A stretch of 64,000 bases of DNA from contig CM060733.1 in assembly GCA_030704615.1 (NCBI GenBank), positions 62,248,001 through 62,312,000 on the forward strand, written 5' to 3'. The translations under genes and the position numbers were made by a program. Source of the DNA: Takakia lepidozioides (taxonomy: Eukaryota > Plantae > Bryophyta). This document shows, in pieces, positions 1 to 11,849 of the stretch (position 1 is its first letter; each line of letters opens with the position of its first letter). The notes under the pieces are model-generated. The model was given only the letters and a program-made list of their open reading frames with translations, did no database searches and was not told where the DNA came from.

Positions 1-517
1 CCCATGACTCATGAGCTAGTTCTGAGAGCAGTCGAAGTCCCATTGACAACGTGACTTGTATTCAGTAGGCACATGGCTCAAGATTTGATGGCACAATCAG
101 CACAGTAGACGTGCTTCAAATGCAATTCATGTGGATCAATAAAAACCTCATTGTGCCCTCTTTTTATTCTATTCTGTGTCCATCGTTCCGAGAATGCGTC
201 ATTGCTCATTTCGTTTGGGATTGGGAGTGGGGGTGGATTTCGCAAGTGGCTGGTAGGCTGAAATGGGCCCCCATTGTACAGAGCAGTACCACCCTACCAT
301 TCGCGAAACATTGCCTTTCAATATATAATTCTAAATAACATTGCCGAACCTCCTTCATCGGGAGGTCCTTCTCCCCCTATGACCGTGGCACCCTAAACCC
401 TATTCCCGCGGACACTCATTTCCGGAAAATAGTGCTGCTCATGTTTTTTTCCACACTTACGACTCTGCTCATGGCTCATGCCGCTCATGGCTCATGGCTC
501 ATGAAATAGTAGCCCCC
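1..517. mobile_element. Right end of a MULE-family DNA transposon (TIR ...GCTCATGAAATAGTAGCCCCC with GCTCATG subterminal repeats) abutting Gypsy RT
   Basis: The terminus matches the ends at 14860 and 53726. Gypsy RT sequence (gattcgggccc...) starts at 518. Confidence 0.8.
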
Positions 518-3500
518 GATTCGGGCCCAGACCTCTCATTCTGCATCTGGCCAAACATAACTCCAATTTATGCAAGTCCTCATTCTTAGAGCTGTACACA
601 CTGAAATCATCCAAGAACACCTGCATGAAATCATCCAGATACTCATGAAAAGATTCACTTATCACTCTCTGAAAGGTTGCTGGTGCATTACAAAGTCCAA
701 AGGGCATGACTTTGTATGCATAAGCACCCCAGTCTGTGATGAAAGCTGTCTTTCCCTGGTCTTCTTCTGCCACTTGCACTTGATTATAACCACTGAAGCC
801 ATCCATGAATGAGTACATCTCATGGCCTGCCACAGTGTTCAATACTGCTTCTGTGAATGGTAATCCTTCTTCGTGCAAGCATTCAACTTCTTATAGATCA
901 CACAAACTCTTAGTTTACTATTCTTCTTGGGAACTATCACAATGGGTGACAACCAAGTTGTATACTCTATTGGGTATATAAACTTAGCCTCAGCCAACTT
1001 CTTGATCTCTTCTCCAACCTTTTGTGCATAGTTGGGATTCATTCTGTACCTAGCCTGCTTGATTGGTACTGACCCTTGTTCCAGTTCAATCTTATGCTGA
1101 CAGATCTCAGGTGGTATCCCTTTTAGATCCTCGTAGCTCCAAGCAAATACATCTCTGTATTTGATGAACAAACTCTTAGCTTCTTCAAAGAATTCTGGCT
1201 CCAAATCAGCTCCTACCTTCACCATCCTCGGTTCCTCTTTAGTTCCCACATTCACTTCCCTCACTTGCTCATCAGCTTTGATTGTCCAACCAGTCACCAC
1301 TTCATCCTTTAAACTCACAGTGGCTGGTTCCTCTAGGATTTCCATTTCTCCTTCTTTTTCTTCATAGAAATGTGATGGGTAACTGCTGGTTTCCTCATCA
1401 ATCGGTGTTGTTGACACTACACCACAGCAGATACCCCTTAAACAACTTAGGCCTTCCAGCCGCATCTCTGCAACCTGCTCCCACTCTGGGTGTGCAACAA
1501 ACAGGGTAGCTTCCTGCTCCTCATCCAGTCCTCCTCTCCAGTCATACTCTCTGACTCCTCGAGGTCTTCTCGTAGCAGGTAATCTACTAGATTTCTTAGT
1601 GGTAATTTGTATCTCGTGTATCCCATCATGCACAGTTAGTAACTGAGAATTCCAGTCATGGAATACCCTGGCCTGTTTCAGCCACGGACGTCCCAACAAT
1701 AAGGAGTAAGCTTCCATGACTTCATCCATTTTTAACACAGTTACTGTGATCATAAAGATCATATTTTGAATCTGTATCTTAACTCCTCTTATCAATCCCA
1801 ATGGCTGTACACTTCTTTGATCTGCCATTGTTACTGTAAATGGGGCTGGCTTCATGTTACTTAGACCAAGCTTCTGCCTTTATTGGTCTGTCATGATGTT
1901 CACTCTAGAGCCTCCATCTATCAGTACATCAGTTAGTTCTGTGCTTCCAATTCTCAATTGGATTACTGGCATAGAATTATCAAAGTCCATGACTGTTTCT
2001 CGCCCTTCCGGCTTCACATTATAACTGGTCACCTTGCTGTTCAGGTCTGTGTTTCCTGTCTCCTGGGCAATTCGATTGATTGCTTGATATAGCCTGTGTC
2101 TACAATAAGGTGCCACAGCCAATAGCTGTCCAATGGTAATCTCCGCTTTGGACTGGCATATTACTTCAGCTAAAGTCCCTTTATTACTCTGCATTTCTGC
2201 AGCTTCTTTCTTCCATTCATCCTCACTCACTTCCTCTTCTCTTTCAGAATCAGAGGAATCTGCCATAGGAATATCAGTACTCTTCTGCATTTCCCTTATG
2301 GTATCTGCCACTTCCTTGTGCAGTTCCTTCTCATCTCTCCAAGCCTCATCATCTTCAGGCACATCACTGCCATCTTCATTATCATCACCTTCCTCATCTA
2401 CTGGAGGTATTATTTTGGCTTTGCTTCTGGTTACTATCATTGTACTTACTTCTGGTACAACACATGGCCTAACCATGTGAGCTGCCACCACTGGGCCTTC
2501 ATTCACAGGAGCTCTCATCTCATTCTGGTGTCTAATCTAGAATGAACAGGCTGCCTTGCGATGTCCTGGCTGATTACAATAGTAACACAGTTCTTCACCA
2601 TTGGGTCCTCGCCCTTGGTCTGCTCTTGGATTATTTCTGTAATCCTGATTCCCTAGATGGTAATTCCCCCTTGGATTACCCTGATAGTTGCCTCTGGAAT
2701 TCCCTTGATAATTTCCTCTTGAATTACCTCTTCCTTCCATGCCATTGTTATAACCACCAGGCCTACCATAGTGGTCATGATCACTGTTTCTTCTTGGCTG
2801 GGGCTGTACTTGATGCACCCTTACTTGCCTAGGTTCTCTAGCTGTTGTCCTTCTGTTGTAGTAACAATTCTTAGTAGAATGGTTATCCATTTTACAGATA
2901 GTACAGTGCTTCTCCTTCAAGTGGCATTCAGTGGTGGTTATGGCCTTCATTCTGGCACTTTGCACACCAAACACCCTTCCTCCAATGTGTTGCAGCCTCT
3001 GTGGCATACTTCTTCAAGATTTCTTCTAATCTTTTCTCATAGTTATCCCTCTTCAACTTCTCCTTTCTCTTACTCTTCCTTTTCAGTTCTTGCTCTTTTT
3101 CTTTATCTGACTCATCTTCAGAGTCCTCATCATCCCTTTTCTCTCTCCTGAGCATTCCCAATTGCTCAATTCTGTTTGCAGTTTCAAATGCCTCCTCCAC
3201 TGGGGTAACATATCCACTTTCTTCTGCAACTCTGGTCTTAGTCCACTCACAAACCAAGTCTTCTGTAAACCTGGTGCTGGTAGAGCAACCAGCTTTTTCA
3301 TCATCAATTCCATCTTTTCCATGTACTCCTCAACAGTTTCATGCTTCTTTTGCTTTAACTGTTGTAAACTTCCATACACTTCATCCTCAGTTTTACTCGT
3401 CCTGAACCTATTTCGGAATGATGTATTCAAGCCATTCCAGGTTAGGAAATGATTATCAGGGAATCTTGCATACCATTCACTTGCTTTCTTGATAAGCGAA

Positions 3501-3717
3501 CAAGGAAACAATCTCATCTTGGCATCATCGCCATCCTCATTGTTCACTATACACATGTGCTCAAATTGGCTAATGTGTACATCGGGATCCCCTTTTCCTG
3601 AATATATTGGAAAAGGTGGTTTTTCCCGTGTTGATTGTAACGCCATCTGTGGCCCTTCCTTCTGCCCACTAACAGGTGCTGGCACCCTTGCTGGTGCTGG
3701 TCCTTGAGGACCTGTTG
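518..3717 (-). mobile_element. Ty3/Gypsy fragment G1a: 3' part of gag (retrotrans_gag-like, CCHC knuckles), protease, 5' RT; disrupted
   Basis: ORFs 3083-3739, 2928-3257, 2537-3007, 1880-2518, 839-1855, 492-878. Motifs: CYYCNQPGHRKAAC, VLIDGGS, WLSPIVIVPKK, YSFMDGFSGYNQ, MPFGLCNAPATFQR, FLDDF. Several frameshifts and stops. Confidence 0.95.
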
Positions 3718-3789
3718 ATCCACACAAATGTGGAGGCATTAACCCAGGACAGGTACGGTAAGAGGTGGTTGGGGATCAAACTCGCTCTG

Positions 3790-4400
3790 TTGGATATTCG
3801 GTGCCAAATTTCCGTCCGGCGGTTGAAATATGACGGCCAGGTGCCGACCTCTCCCCCCTCCCCAACCGCATTGGAACGGCCCCGGATTGAAATTCGGCGC
3901 CGTTTTCCCATCTGGGGAGGTTTTTATGTCGGCCAGTTTTCAGTCTGACACCCCGACAAGACTTCCTTGGGGGGGCCCGGATGGAAATTCGGCGCCGAAT
4001 CTCCATCCAAGGGATGCTCTCTGTCGAACACGTGCCGACCTCTACGCCCGAGGCGACTTCATCCGAGCGTCCCCTGTTCGATATTCGGTGCCGAATTTCC
4101 GTCCGGGGGTTGAAATGTGACGGCCAAGTGCCGGCCTCTCCCCCCTCCCCGACTGCATCCGAACCGCCCCGGATGGAAATTCGGCGCCGTTTTTCCATCT
4201 GGGGATGTTTTTATGCCGGCCAGTTTTCGGCCTGACCCCCCGACACGACTTCGAAATTCGGCGCCGAATCTCCATCCAGGGGATGTTCTCTGTCGCACAC
4301 GTGCCGGCCTCTGCGCCCGAGGCGACTTCATCCGGGCTTCCCCTGTTGGATATTGGGTGCCGAATTTCCATTCGGGGGTAGTAATGTGACGGCACGGTGC
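3790..4400. repeat. Palindrome array (GAAATTCGGCGCCGAATTTC variants) upstream of MULE copy A transposase
   Basis: About 10 copies of the CGGCGCCG-cored palindrome, including a ~300 bp duplication (approx. 3790-4075 vs 4075-4380). Confidence 0.85.
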
Positions 4401-4661
4401 CGGCTTCTCCCCTTCAGCCGTCATCATCCGGACGCCCCCCCCACTTTCTGACTGCATACCGTTGGCAGTTATTGCGCAAAGACCAGGGGCCGCATTCCGG
4501 AGACAAGGTTCATTAACACTCTGACTGTGGATTTTTGAGATAGTTGGCTCCCTGGATTTGGGTCAGGCTTCGTCGCTCGGACAAATCGGCATCGCATTCA
4601 TTCCCATCACTGTATCCCCCTTCTACCAGGGAGCTTCCCCGCACTCCATCCTGGGAGTCTT

Positions 4662-6764
4662 GTGTGCACATCTCCCATGGCGGAAAACCCGAGTGCTACA
4701 GTGTACTGCCCTCCTCACGAGCATAGAGCTTCATTTCCGTGCAGAGGGGACACCTGCCGGGTGATGGAGAAATATCTGTGCGTTCGATACCACCTGAAAC
4801 CGGGGTCGGTTTTTTTGGAGGAGGAAAGGAAGGACTCTAACGGCCTTGTTGTCGACAGTATTGTTGTGCTCCACGATGATTTCGGCGATGGCAGGGAATG
4901 GCGAGTTCCACCATTGGACAGCGTCATATACAGGGCTGTTGGGGACTTCATTTGCCCGCCAAATGCACCTTCTATCCTAGCGCCTTCCACGAAACAATCC
5001 GCGAATCAGAGAGTGGCTACCTCAAAGAGAGAAGTCCGCAACGAAGTAAATCCAGAGCCGAACCCATCCATGAAGACGAACCAGAACCGGGTTGTTCACA
5101 ACCTGTCCGACTCAGACGAGGTCATGGAAGTTCCGAGGTCGTCCTGGAGATCAGGCAAGTCCTCAATGGACGTCAGTGGAGGAGGGAGTCATATTCCCAG
5201 CACAAGCACCGCAGTTCGATCTATTCTTGAAATTCTGCGAGGGCTTCACCTGGAGGGACACCGGTCGGAGCTGGCCGGGCTGGACTACAGCAAGTTCGCA
5301 ATTAAATTGGTTACATGCCTTCCCGCCGATGTCGACGGTAATATCTTCTTTGAGTTCCCTCCTCGGGCGGACTACTCGAGGGCGTCCGGAATGTTGACAG
5401 ATATGGATAGAAAACATGACGGTCATCCTTGGTGCGTTACCAAAACCACCAGCATGAAGATGCTCGATGGTGTGCGGGTGCGCTACGTTGTTTGTGCGGG
5501 CGCGTTGCGGTGTTTCTCCCCAACTTGCTTCCACTTTAAATCCAGAGGTCACAGGAACGAGACCGATTGGACAGGCACAGCTCATCAACCATTTCGAGCT
5601 CAGGAGAAGGTTCCGAACTCCACATTTAAGTGTGCGCATTGCAAAGAACCACCACACTGCATGTCTGTTTGTAATGCCAAGCAGTTCTATGTGTTGCACC
5701 GTTTCCCTGACCTCACCCGAGCTTGCATACACGTTGGTTCCCATTGTCACAAATTGGCGAGGGGGAACTTGCGGGAGGCTGCCCACGAAGCAGAGCAGCT
5801 CGTTCAGGAGGAGGTTAAGTTGAGACCGGGTGCCAAACCCAAACAGATATAGCTCCAAGCCGCCCATAAGATGGCATTGGCCAGAATTATGTCGGAAGAC
5901 GGCTCCGATAGAGTTCCTCTCGACGAGAAGGAAATGGAGGCATTGCTGGAGTCGGTGTCCCACGTATGTTCACCGAATGTCCGAAACCACATTGTCTCAT
6001 GCAAACAGAAAATTGGGCGTGGCTCGGATATGCACTCCATTCTGGAGGTGAATCGACGATGTGGATATGACTACATTCATGGAAGTAGGTTTCCAGGACA
6101 AGGGACTGAGGCAGATCGTTGTTTCGTATTCAAAATGTCCACGTGTGGACCTGGCAGCGGCGTCGAACTGGTTGACAGGATGACGAGTAGGAACTTGTCA
6201 AACAGTTGGGTCATGTTCGACCATATCAAGTGAATTACAAATCATCAGTGGGTGACAATGGGTGCACATGTCTACGACACCCACTGCAGGATGCTAATGA
6301 CAATTGCTATTTGTGAGATGAAAGGAGAGGACACACAATCGGAGATGCTTCTTTGGCAGGGAATAAACGAACAGATGGCCAAGGCGGGATTGCCCCCTAC
6401 GAATTTCCGTGGTTTCATGGCGGACAACGCACAAGCAAATTGGGCTGCCATCCGAAGGGTGTACGGGCAAGACCCCAATGTTCCCATGGAAGGCAAGGAG
6501 AGATCTTGTGGGTTCCATTTTCTGCAAAGCCTTTCGCAGTACACAACCAGGCTCGTGGCGCCAGATTTCAGAGAGGAGCACCGTTCCATGTGCCTTGCGT
6601 GGAAGCGCGCTCCTACCTTGGATGATGCAGAGACACAGTTTGCATGCATACGGGCTTGGTGGACATCGTCAGGTGTTGTAAGGAAATCAGACGAGGGAGC
6701 AATGGTCAGTTGGCTAGCATGGTGGCATTATCGTTTCCTCCAGTTCGGCGACTATATGCGGGAG
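4662..6764 (+). pseudogene. MULE transposase, copy A (GCM/WRKY-like Zn finger + first two acidic residues of DDE + CxxH); lacks the last exon (E + SWIM)
   Basis: ORFs 4662-5852, 5871-6233 and 6252- lie in one frame, broken by TAG (5850) and TGA (6231). Motifs: C..G..RC..PTC / CAHC..C..C..HVGSHCH, WVMFDH, FMADNAQANWAAI..SCGFH. Splice donor GTGAGT at 6765 is at the same position as in copies B and C. Confidence 0.88.
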
Positions 6765-7129
6765 GTGAGTTGCACGTCCGAACATGCTAAGTCCGAACTG
6801 GCTAAGTCCGAACATGCACTGGAAAAATGGCGCCGAATTACCTGTCATGAGGGGACCTATAGCCGCGGAATTCGGCACCATTTTTCGCCAGAGAGACCTA
6901 TTAGCGCGAAACACGTCGCCGTTTTTTCAGGTTACGGACCCTATTACCGCGAAATTCGGCGCCATATTTGCACATGTCGCTGGGAATTGGCATGAGCGGA
7001 AGACGAAATATCATGAGCACAACTGTCAAAACTGCAATTTTCCCTTCAAGGGGCCGAATAATATATTTGTTTTTCCTGACACATTGCATTAAATTATTGT
7101 TTTTTATTGTTTTTTATTTTCGAAATTTG

Positions 7130-7211
7130 TACTTCTGCTCATGAAAACCGATTGTCTTACTACTCCGCTCATGCCGCTCATGCCGCTCATGCTCATGAAA
7201 TAGCAAACCTC
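7130..7211. mobile_element. MULE copy A terminus (rc GAGGTTTGCTATTTCATGAGC), followed by TSD copy CCCCTGCA (7212-7219)
   Basis: Reverse complement of the terminus at 29343, with GCTCATG repeats. 7212-7219 is the reverse complement of 14861-14868. Confidence 0.85.
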
Positions 7212-8193
7212 CCCCTGCATATGGGTGAACCACTAAAACCAGTAGAATGCATCAGAACCATATTTTCAGCTTAGAATGCAAGTCAGTTGGACAACTCACA
7301 CAAACCACTACAAGTGCTCATTTGCAGTGCTTTCCTACTGTAGTGCAACCAACTAGCATAGTGGCAGCAGAGTTGGCCAAAGCAGTCCCGAGATGGCACA
7401 AGCACTCTGCGTCTTTCCACTAGCAGTCGTACCCCTCACTGCCATTGCGTGGGGACGACGCCACGCGTCGACCCACACACTCTCCACGTGGTCCCCGTGG
7501 ATTCGTCTGCTGGCAGTTGTGCAGTCGACTTCGCCAGTGGCTGTTGCCACGTGACATGCAGCACTCCAAGTTATGTGGCCGACTGCGATGTGGCGTCTTG
7601 AGCCCGTGGCCACGCGGCGACATTACCGCTCGTCGCGGCGCCGCCACATCCGCATCCACGTCCGCATCCACGTCCGCGTCCATGTGTCACCGCGCCCCGG
7701 GTGAGTCAGTCCACTCATCCGGAGGGAAAAGTCAAAGTCAGCTCAAAACATGAGACACACGGGCGGCCCGCCTGGTTACGCCACGTGGTTCTTCAGCATT
7801 AATCGCATTAATCGCTGAGCAGTTGTTCGCGCGTCTACGTCCTTTACCACTCCAATCATTGGATGTCCAACCCAACTACCACGTCTGTTGTAACTGGTCT
7901 GTTGTAACTTCCAGTCGATCCCTGTTTTTTGACTTTTACGACTCAAAATGAGTCGTTACCCCAGTGGTAAATGACACGAATGCTTTCTAGTGCATGGGGC
8001 CAAATATCATGTTCAAAACACCTGAATTTGGAAGCTGAAACATTGTGCGGCAACGCACGGTGTTTTCGGCCCCCACAATGCTTGTTTTCTGATGAGAAAT
8101 TGGGCCACACAGGGCCTGTTTGCCATGCTCAAAACACCATCATTTCATGCCTCTCTCTTATATCAAATTGAATGAACAACCCTGTAGGAGAAG

Positions 8194-10507
8194 ATGCAAA
8201 GTGTGGCAGATGAGATCCCTTCGGGGCAGGGGAAGGAGATCATTGTTGATGTAGACGATGAGTTCTATGAAAGCAAAGCCGCTGAGATGCTGGGGGGTCA
8301 GGAGGTAAACTCTCAGCTTGTGGTGCAAAGTATGCTTGCCTCGGGTGGGAGGTTGAAGATTCCCCTGTGTAGGTTGGTTTCCATGCCTGTCGTTCGTCCA
8401 CCCCTCGTCAAGGACATCCTGATGCTGGAGGCCGAGTTTGTTCATGGGTATTTGGATGGATCCGCAATCTTTTACGTTTCTACAAGGGATTCCAGAGGCA
8501 ATGAGGTCATTGTGGATGAGTCAATTGTGGACTCCTAGGATCCCATTTGGAGATAGGTGAACGAATCCTTTGAACTTCTTCTCTCCAGGAAACCTTCCAC
8601 CCGGGCATTCTCAGGGAAGATGTTTCACGTTTGGGATGACAACCACCGGTTGCTTGCATGGATGGCTGTCATTGGGAGGCTGCACTCACAGGAGGAAGAT
8701 TGACATTACTCTGTTTGATCGATGGTGCTGGATTGTGACGGGAACATGATGGGTCTTCTGACGGCAATGATTGATGTGAACAGGTTGGTTTCTCATTCTA
8801 CATGTTCCACTTGTGGTTCCGTGGTTCTTTGGTTCCAGTCCTCTGTTGACGGTCCTTGAATTTCATTCTGACTTTCAGACATCATTCTGCAGAGGGACGG
8901 AGACATCGCATGTCAAAACGAGTCTGGTTGACACACTGTACATGATACAAAGGATCGGGCAGATGCCCTTGACCAACTTCAAGACCATCCTTTCAGCAGA
9001 GACGTACAAGAAGTGCGAAAGCTCCAAGACATCAGAAACGTGGTACTTGTTGACCCGTGAGGCTTTCATGGAGTATATGTACACGGTGAGATACATCTTC
9101 CATCATCTGGCCTTTTCGATATTCCTGCTGCCACATGTTTGTTTCTATTTATTTCCCTTGCCCTTGGGTTGATGCAACTCTCGTGCATTCCCTTGCAGCA
9201 AGACATTGCAGATGCAGGAGAGCGTGGGAAACTGGAATACTACAGCTCTACCCCTGAGGAGAGAAGGACAGCAAAGGGGGTTGAGAGTCACATCCAGAAA
9301 GAGATGACCGCCACAAGAAGGACTATTATGAGTGCTTTTGTTAAGCAGTTGAGAATTGCCGACCCATCATTCGGATCGCACTTTCTTCTGGAGGTAAAAA
9401 AACCATTACAACAAGCCTGGCAAGCCAGAGATGGCCCAGGAGAAGTTACACAGGTTGTCTACCGCCGTTGTGTCTTCAGAACAGAAGGTGAAGTGGCTAC
9501 ATATATGGAATTCTGATCCCACTGTTAGGGATACCCACATGTTCCCCAGGCCGGAGAAAGAGAAGAAGACCCAGTGTGTCATTCCTGTTAGTGACGATGT
9601 GCTGGACACATGGCTTCACAAGGCCACTTACTGGAGCCAAGTATGATGTCCTTTGCCGTGTCACTTTCTTTTCGCTTTTTCTGTCCTTCTCTTTCCATTG
9701 GCTGTTACATTGTCTGTGATTGTTTTTTGGTTCATTCTTGCATTTGAATTGTTTTGCAGTTGGAAGAAAGGGCCCAGTCGGTTCTACATACTCAGCTGGA
9801 TGACTATGGCATCACCATGACAGCACCGAAGGTCTCCTTCCAAGCATACATGAGGAAATGGAGAGCCACAGTGTGACAATCTTGTTTCTTTAGAGAGTTC
9901 AGCAAGGAGGGTGGCATTAGTCGAACAAATGAGCTTGACCAGCAAGAGAAAGGAGAGGAAGCATGGAAACGATGCCTTTACAAGTGCGAAATGGACTGTG
10001 CTTCTTTGTTTTGCAAATACACACTCTCCTCCATCCAACCTGTTTTGGGCTCCCTTATATGAGTTTGCGGTGCCGCACACTCATTTGTTCTATCCCTGTG
10101 TAGTAACACCAAGGTGCACACCCTGGGGCCTTAAGGTTACTTTGTGTGCGGTGGTTGCAATGTACTGTGCCGCATATTGTTTAAGGGGGTCTTCCTGGTG
10201 TGATGGAAAAGCTGAGAGACAATAATTGCATTGCATAATGAGGCTGTCTCTGGTCCTGCAGGTACGTAAAGTTTGTTCACATGGAAGAGAACTGCTTCGG
10301 CAAACATCCTGATTTCGTGGACCTTTGGCTTGTCCCTGCTGGCAACCAGACCATGTTTACTATTGGGATCTTGCATGACTGGGGCCCAGACCATCTTTCT
10401 ACTTGTGGTTGGTATTTGGATTGCCCTCCTTCTGAGACCCCAACTCAGGAGGTGTCTTTGAGGAGAGCGACCATACTGGGGAACTGGGTCATGAACAACC
10501 AGATGTG
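8194..10507 (+). pseudogene. ParB/Srx-like domain multi-exon gene, copy D (homologue of the MULE cargo gene), truncated by Gypsy before any MTase domain
   Basis: LKIPLCRLVSMPVVR..GYLDGSAIFYVS and KMFHVWDDNHRLLAW are homologous to 36628-37734 and 50787-51872. Shared intron positions (donors ~8784, 9086, 9641). Stops at 8536, 8701 and 8716. Confidence 0.8.
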
Positions 10508-10508
10508 A

Positions 10509-11830
10509 CAGGCATCTAGTGGGATCATGGTGGTTGGAGAATTAAAGAATTTGATGTGAATCAAATTCCCTGTGAAACTGAGAAGGAAAGATTGTCTAAA
10601 CGATTCTTTCAGAGGTTCTTGGAATTGCCAGACGGTTGTAAAGAAAACATTCTTAAAAGAGTGCATGATGCTGACCCTGAATGGGGTCTGGAGAAAGGAG
10701 TGATAAAGATTTATCAGGTGGCCTGTAGAGGAAGAGCACGTTGGTTACCAACACTAGTTTATGTGATAGCATTGCTATCCATTAAGCGAGTAGAGTTTGA
10801 AGGCTGGGAGGAAAGAAAGGTGAATGTTTATACTCATATGCATGAAGAGCTTGTACTGGTTAAGAATTGGATTCCAAAGGATATTTTGTGGATCAAACTC
10901 ACACCAAGAACATATTTCCAGACTTGTTTGCCATATGGTTATATGGTAACGGAGACTTCTAGTATAGCCAAGGGTGCATTGAAGCTTGAAAGAAACCCGG
11001 GCATATACGAGAGATATTACAGAAGAGAGTTTTGGTTATTGCCACATTAAAAGAAATGAAAGACATGGGACATGAGTGATGAAAGAGAAGCTAGACTCCA
11101 GAGATATTCAGCAAAAAGAGAAAGCTATCTGAAAGCTAATTATCCATATCTCTGGGAGAGAGGAATAGACATAGGGGAATCATCTAGACCTCTCACACCA
11201 TTAAGATCAGAGAGTACATCACCCATACCGGAAGAACTAGAGTTGGATGCCACTCCTTCTTTTTCTTTACAAGAAAGATTAAGGGAATTGGTACGGGAAG
11301 AAGATCAATCACGAGGTGAAAGATCTGAGGTACATCCCTGGATAAAAGATTTGACAGAAATCTTTGATAAGAGTTGGCATGGAACACCAAAAGCAGGAAC
11401 TCCAGTTTTTGAAGTGGAGGGTGAAGAAGGAGGAGATGATGTGGCAGAGCCAACGGAGAGTTCAGACTCTCCAACACCATTGTAGTTGAGTTACATGAGT
11501 GAAGAAGAAACCCAAGGGCAGAACTTGGAGGATGAAAATAGAGAGAAGAAATTGGAAGAGGAAGAATAAGAAGAAGTAGACCCAACAGCTGAGGTTGAGA
11601 CTACAACCAGGACATCCCAACCCGTTGGACCTGGATCAAGTGGAGCACTTGGATCACAGGCCAACAAAGGTGTCGGCTCAGGGGGATCAGGCGGGCTGCC
11701 TGGATCTGGCTCTGGGGGGACAGGGAGTGTGGGAAGTAGTGCAACTGGAGCTGGGAATACTGTGAATATCATGGGGCCAGTAGCAAGGAGTGCTCAGGGG
11801 CCACCACTTGGTGGAAGATCCACCACAACT
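10509..11830 (+). mobile_element. Ty3/Gypsy fragment G1b: 5' leader with extra ORF (10556-11050) and gag N-terminus (ATG 11072)
   Basis: 11400-11830 is nearly identical to the gag start at 25665-26100. It ends where G1a (minus strand) begins. Confidence 0.85.
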
Positions 11831-11849
11831 CTCCGACAGAGACCAGCCC

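Noticed and set aside
10503-10530. Primer-binding site after TGTGACA (GGCATCTAGTGGGATC)
   Set aside because: It is in the expected position, but no LTR precedes it and I could not confidently match a tRNA 3' end.
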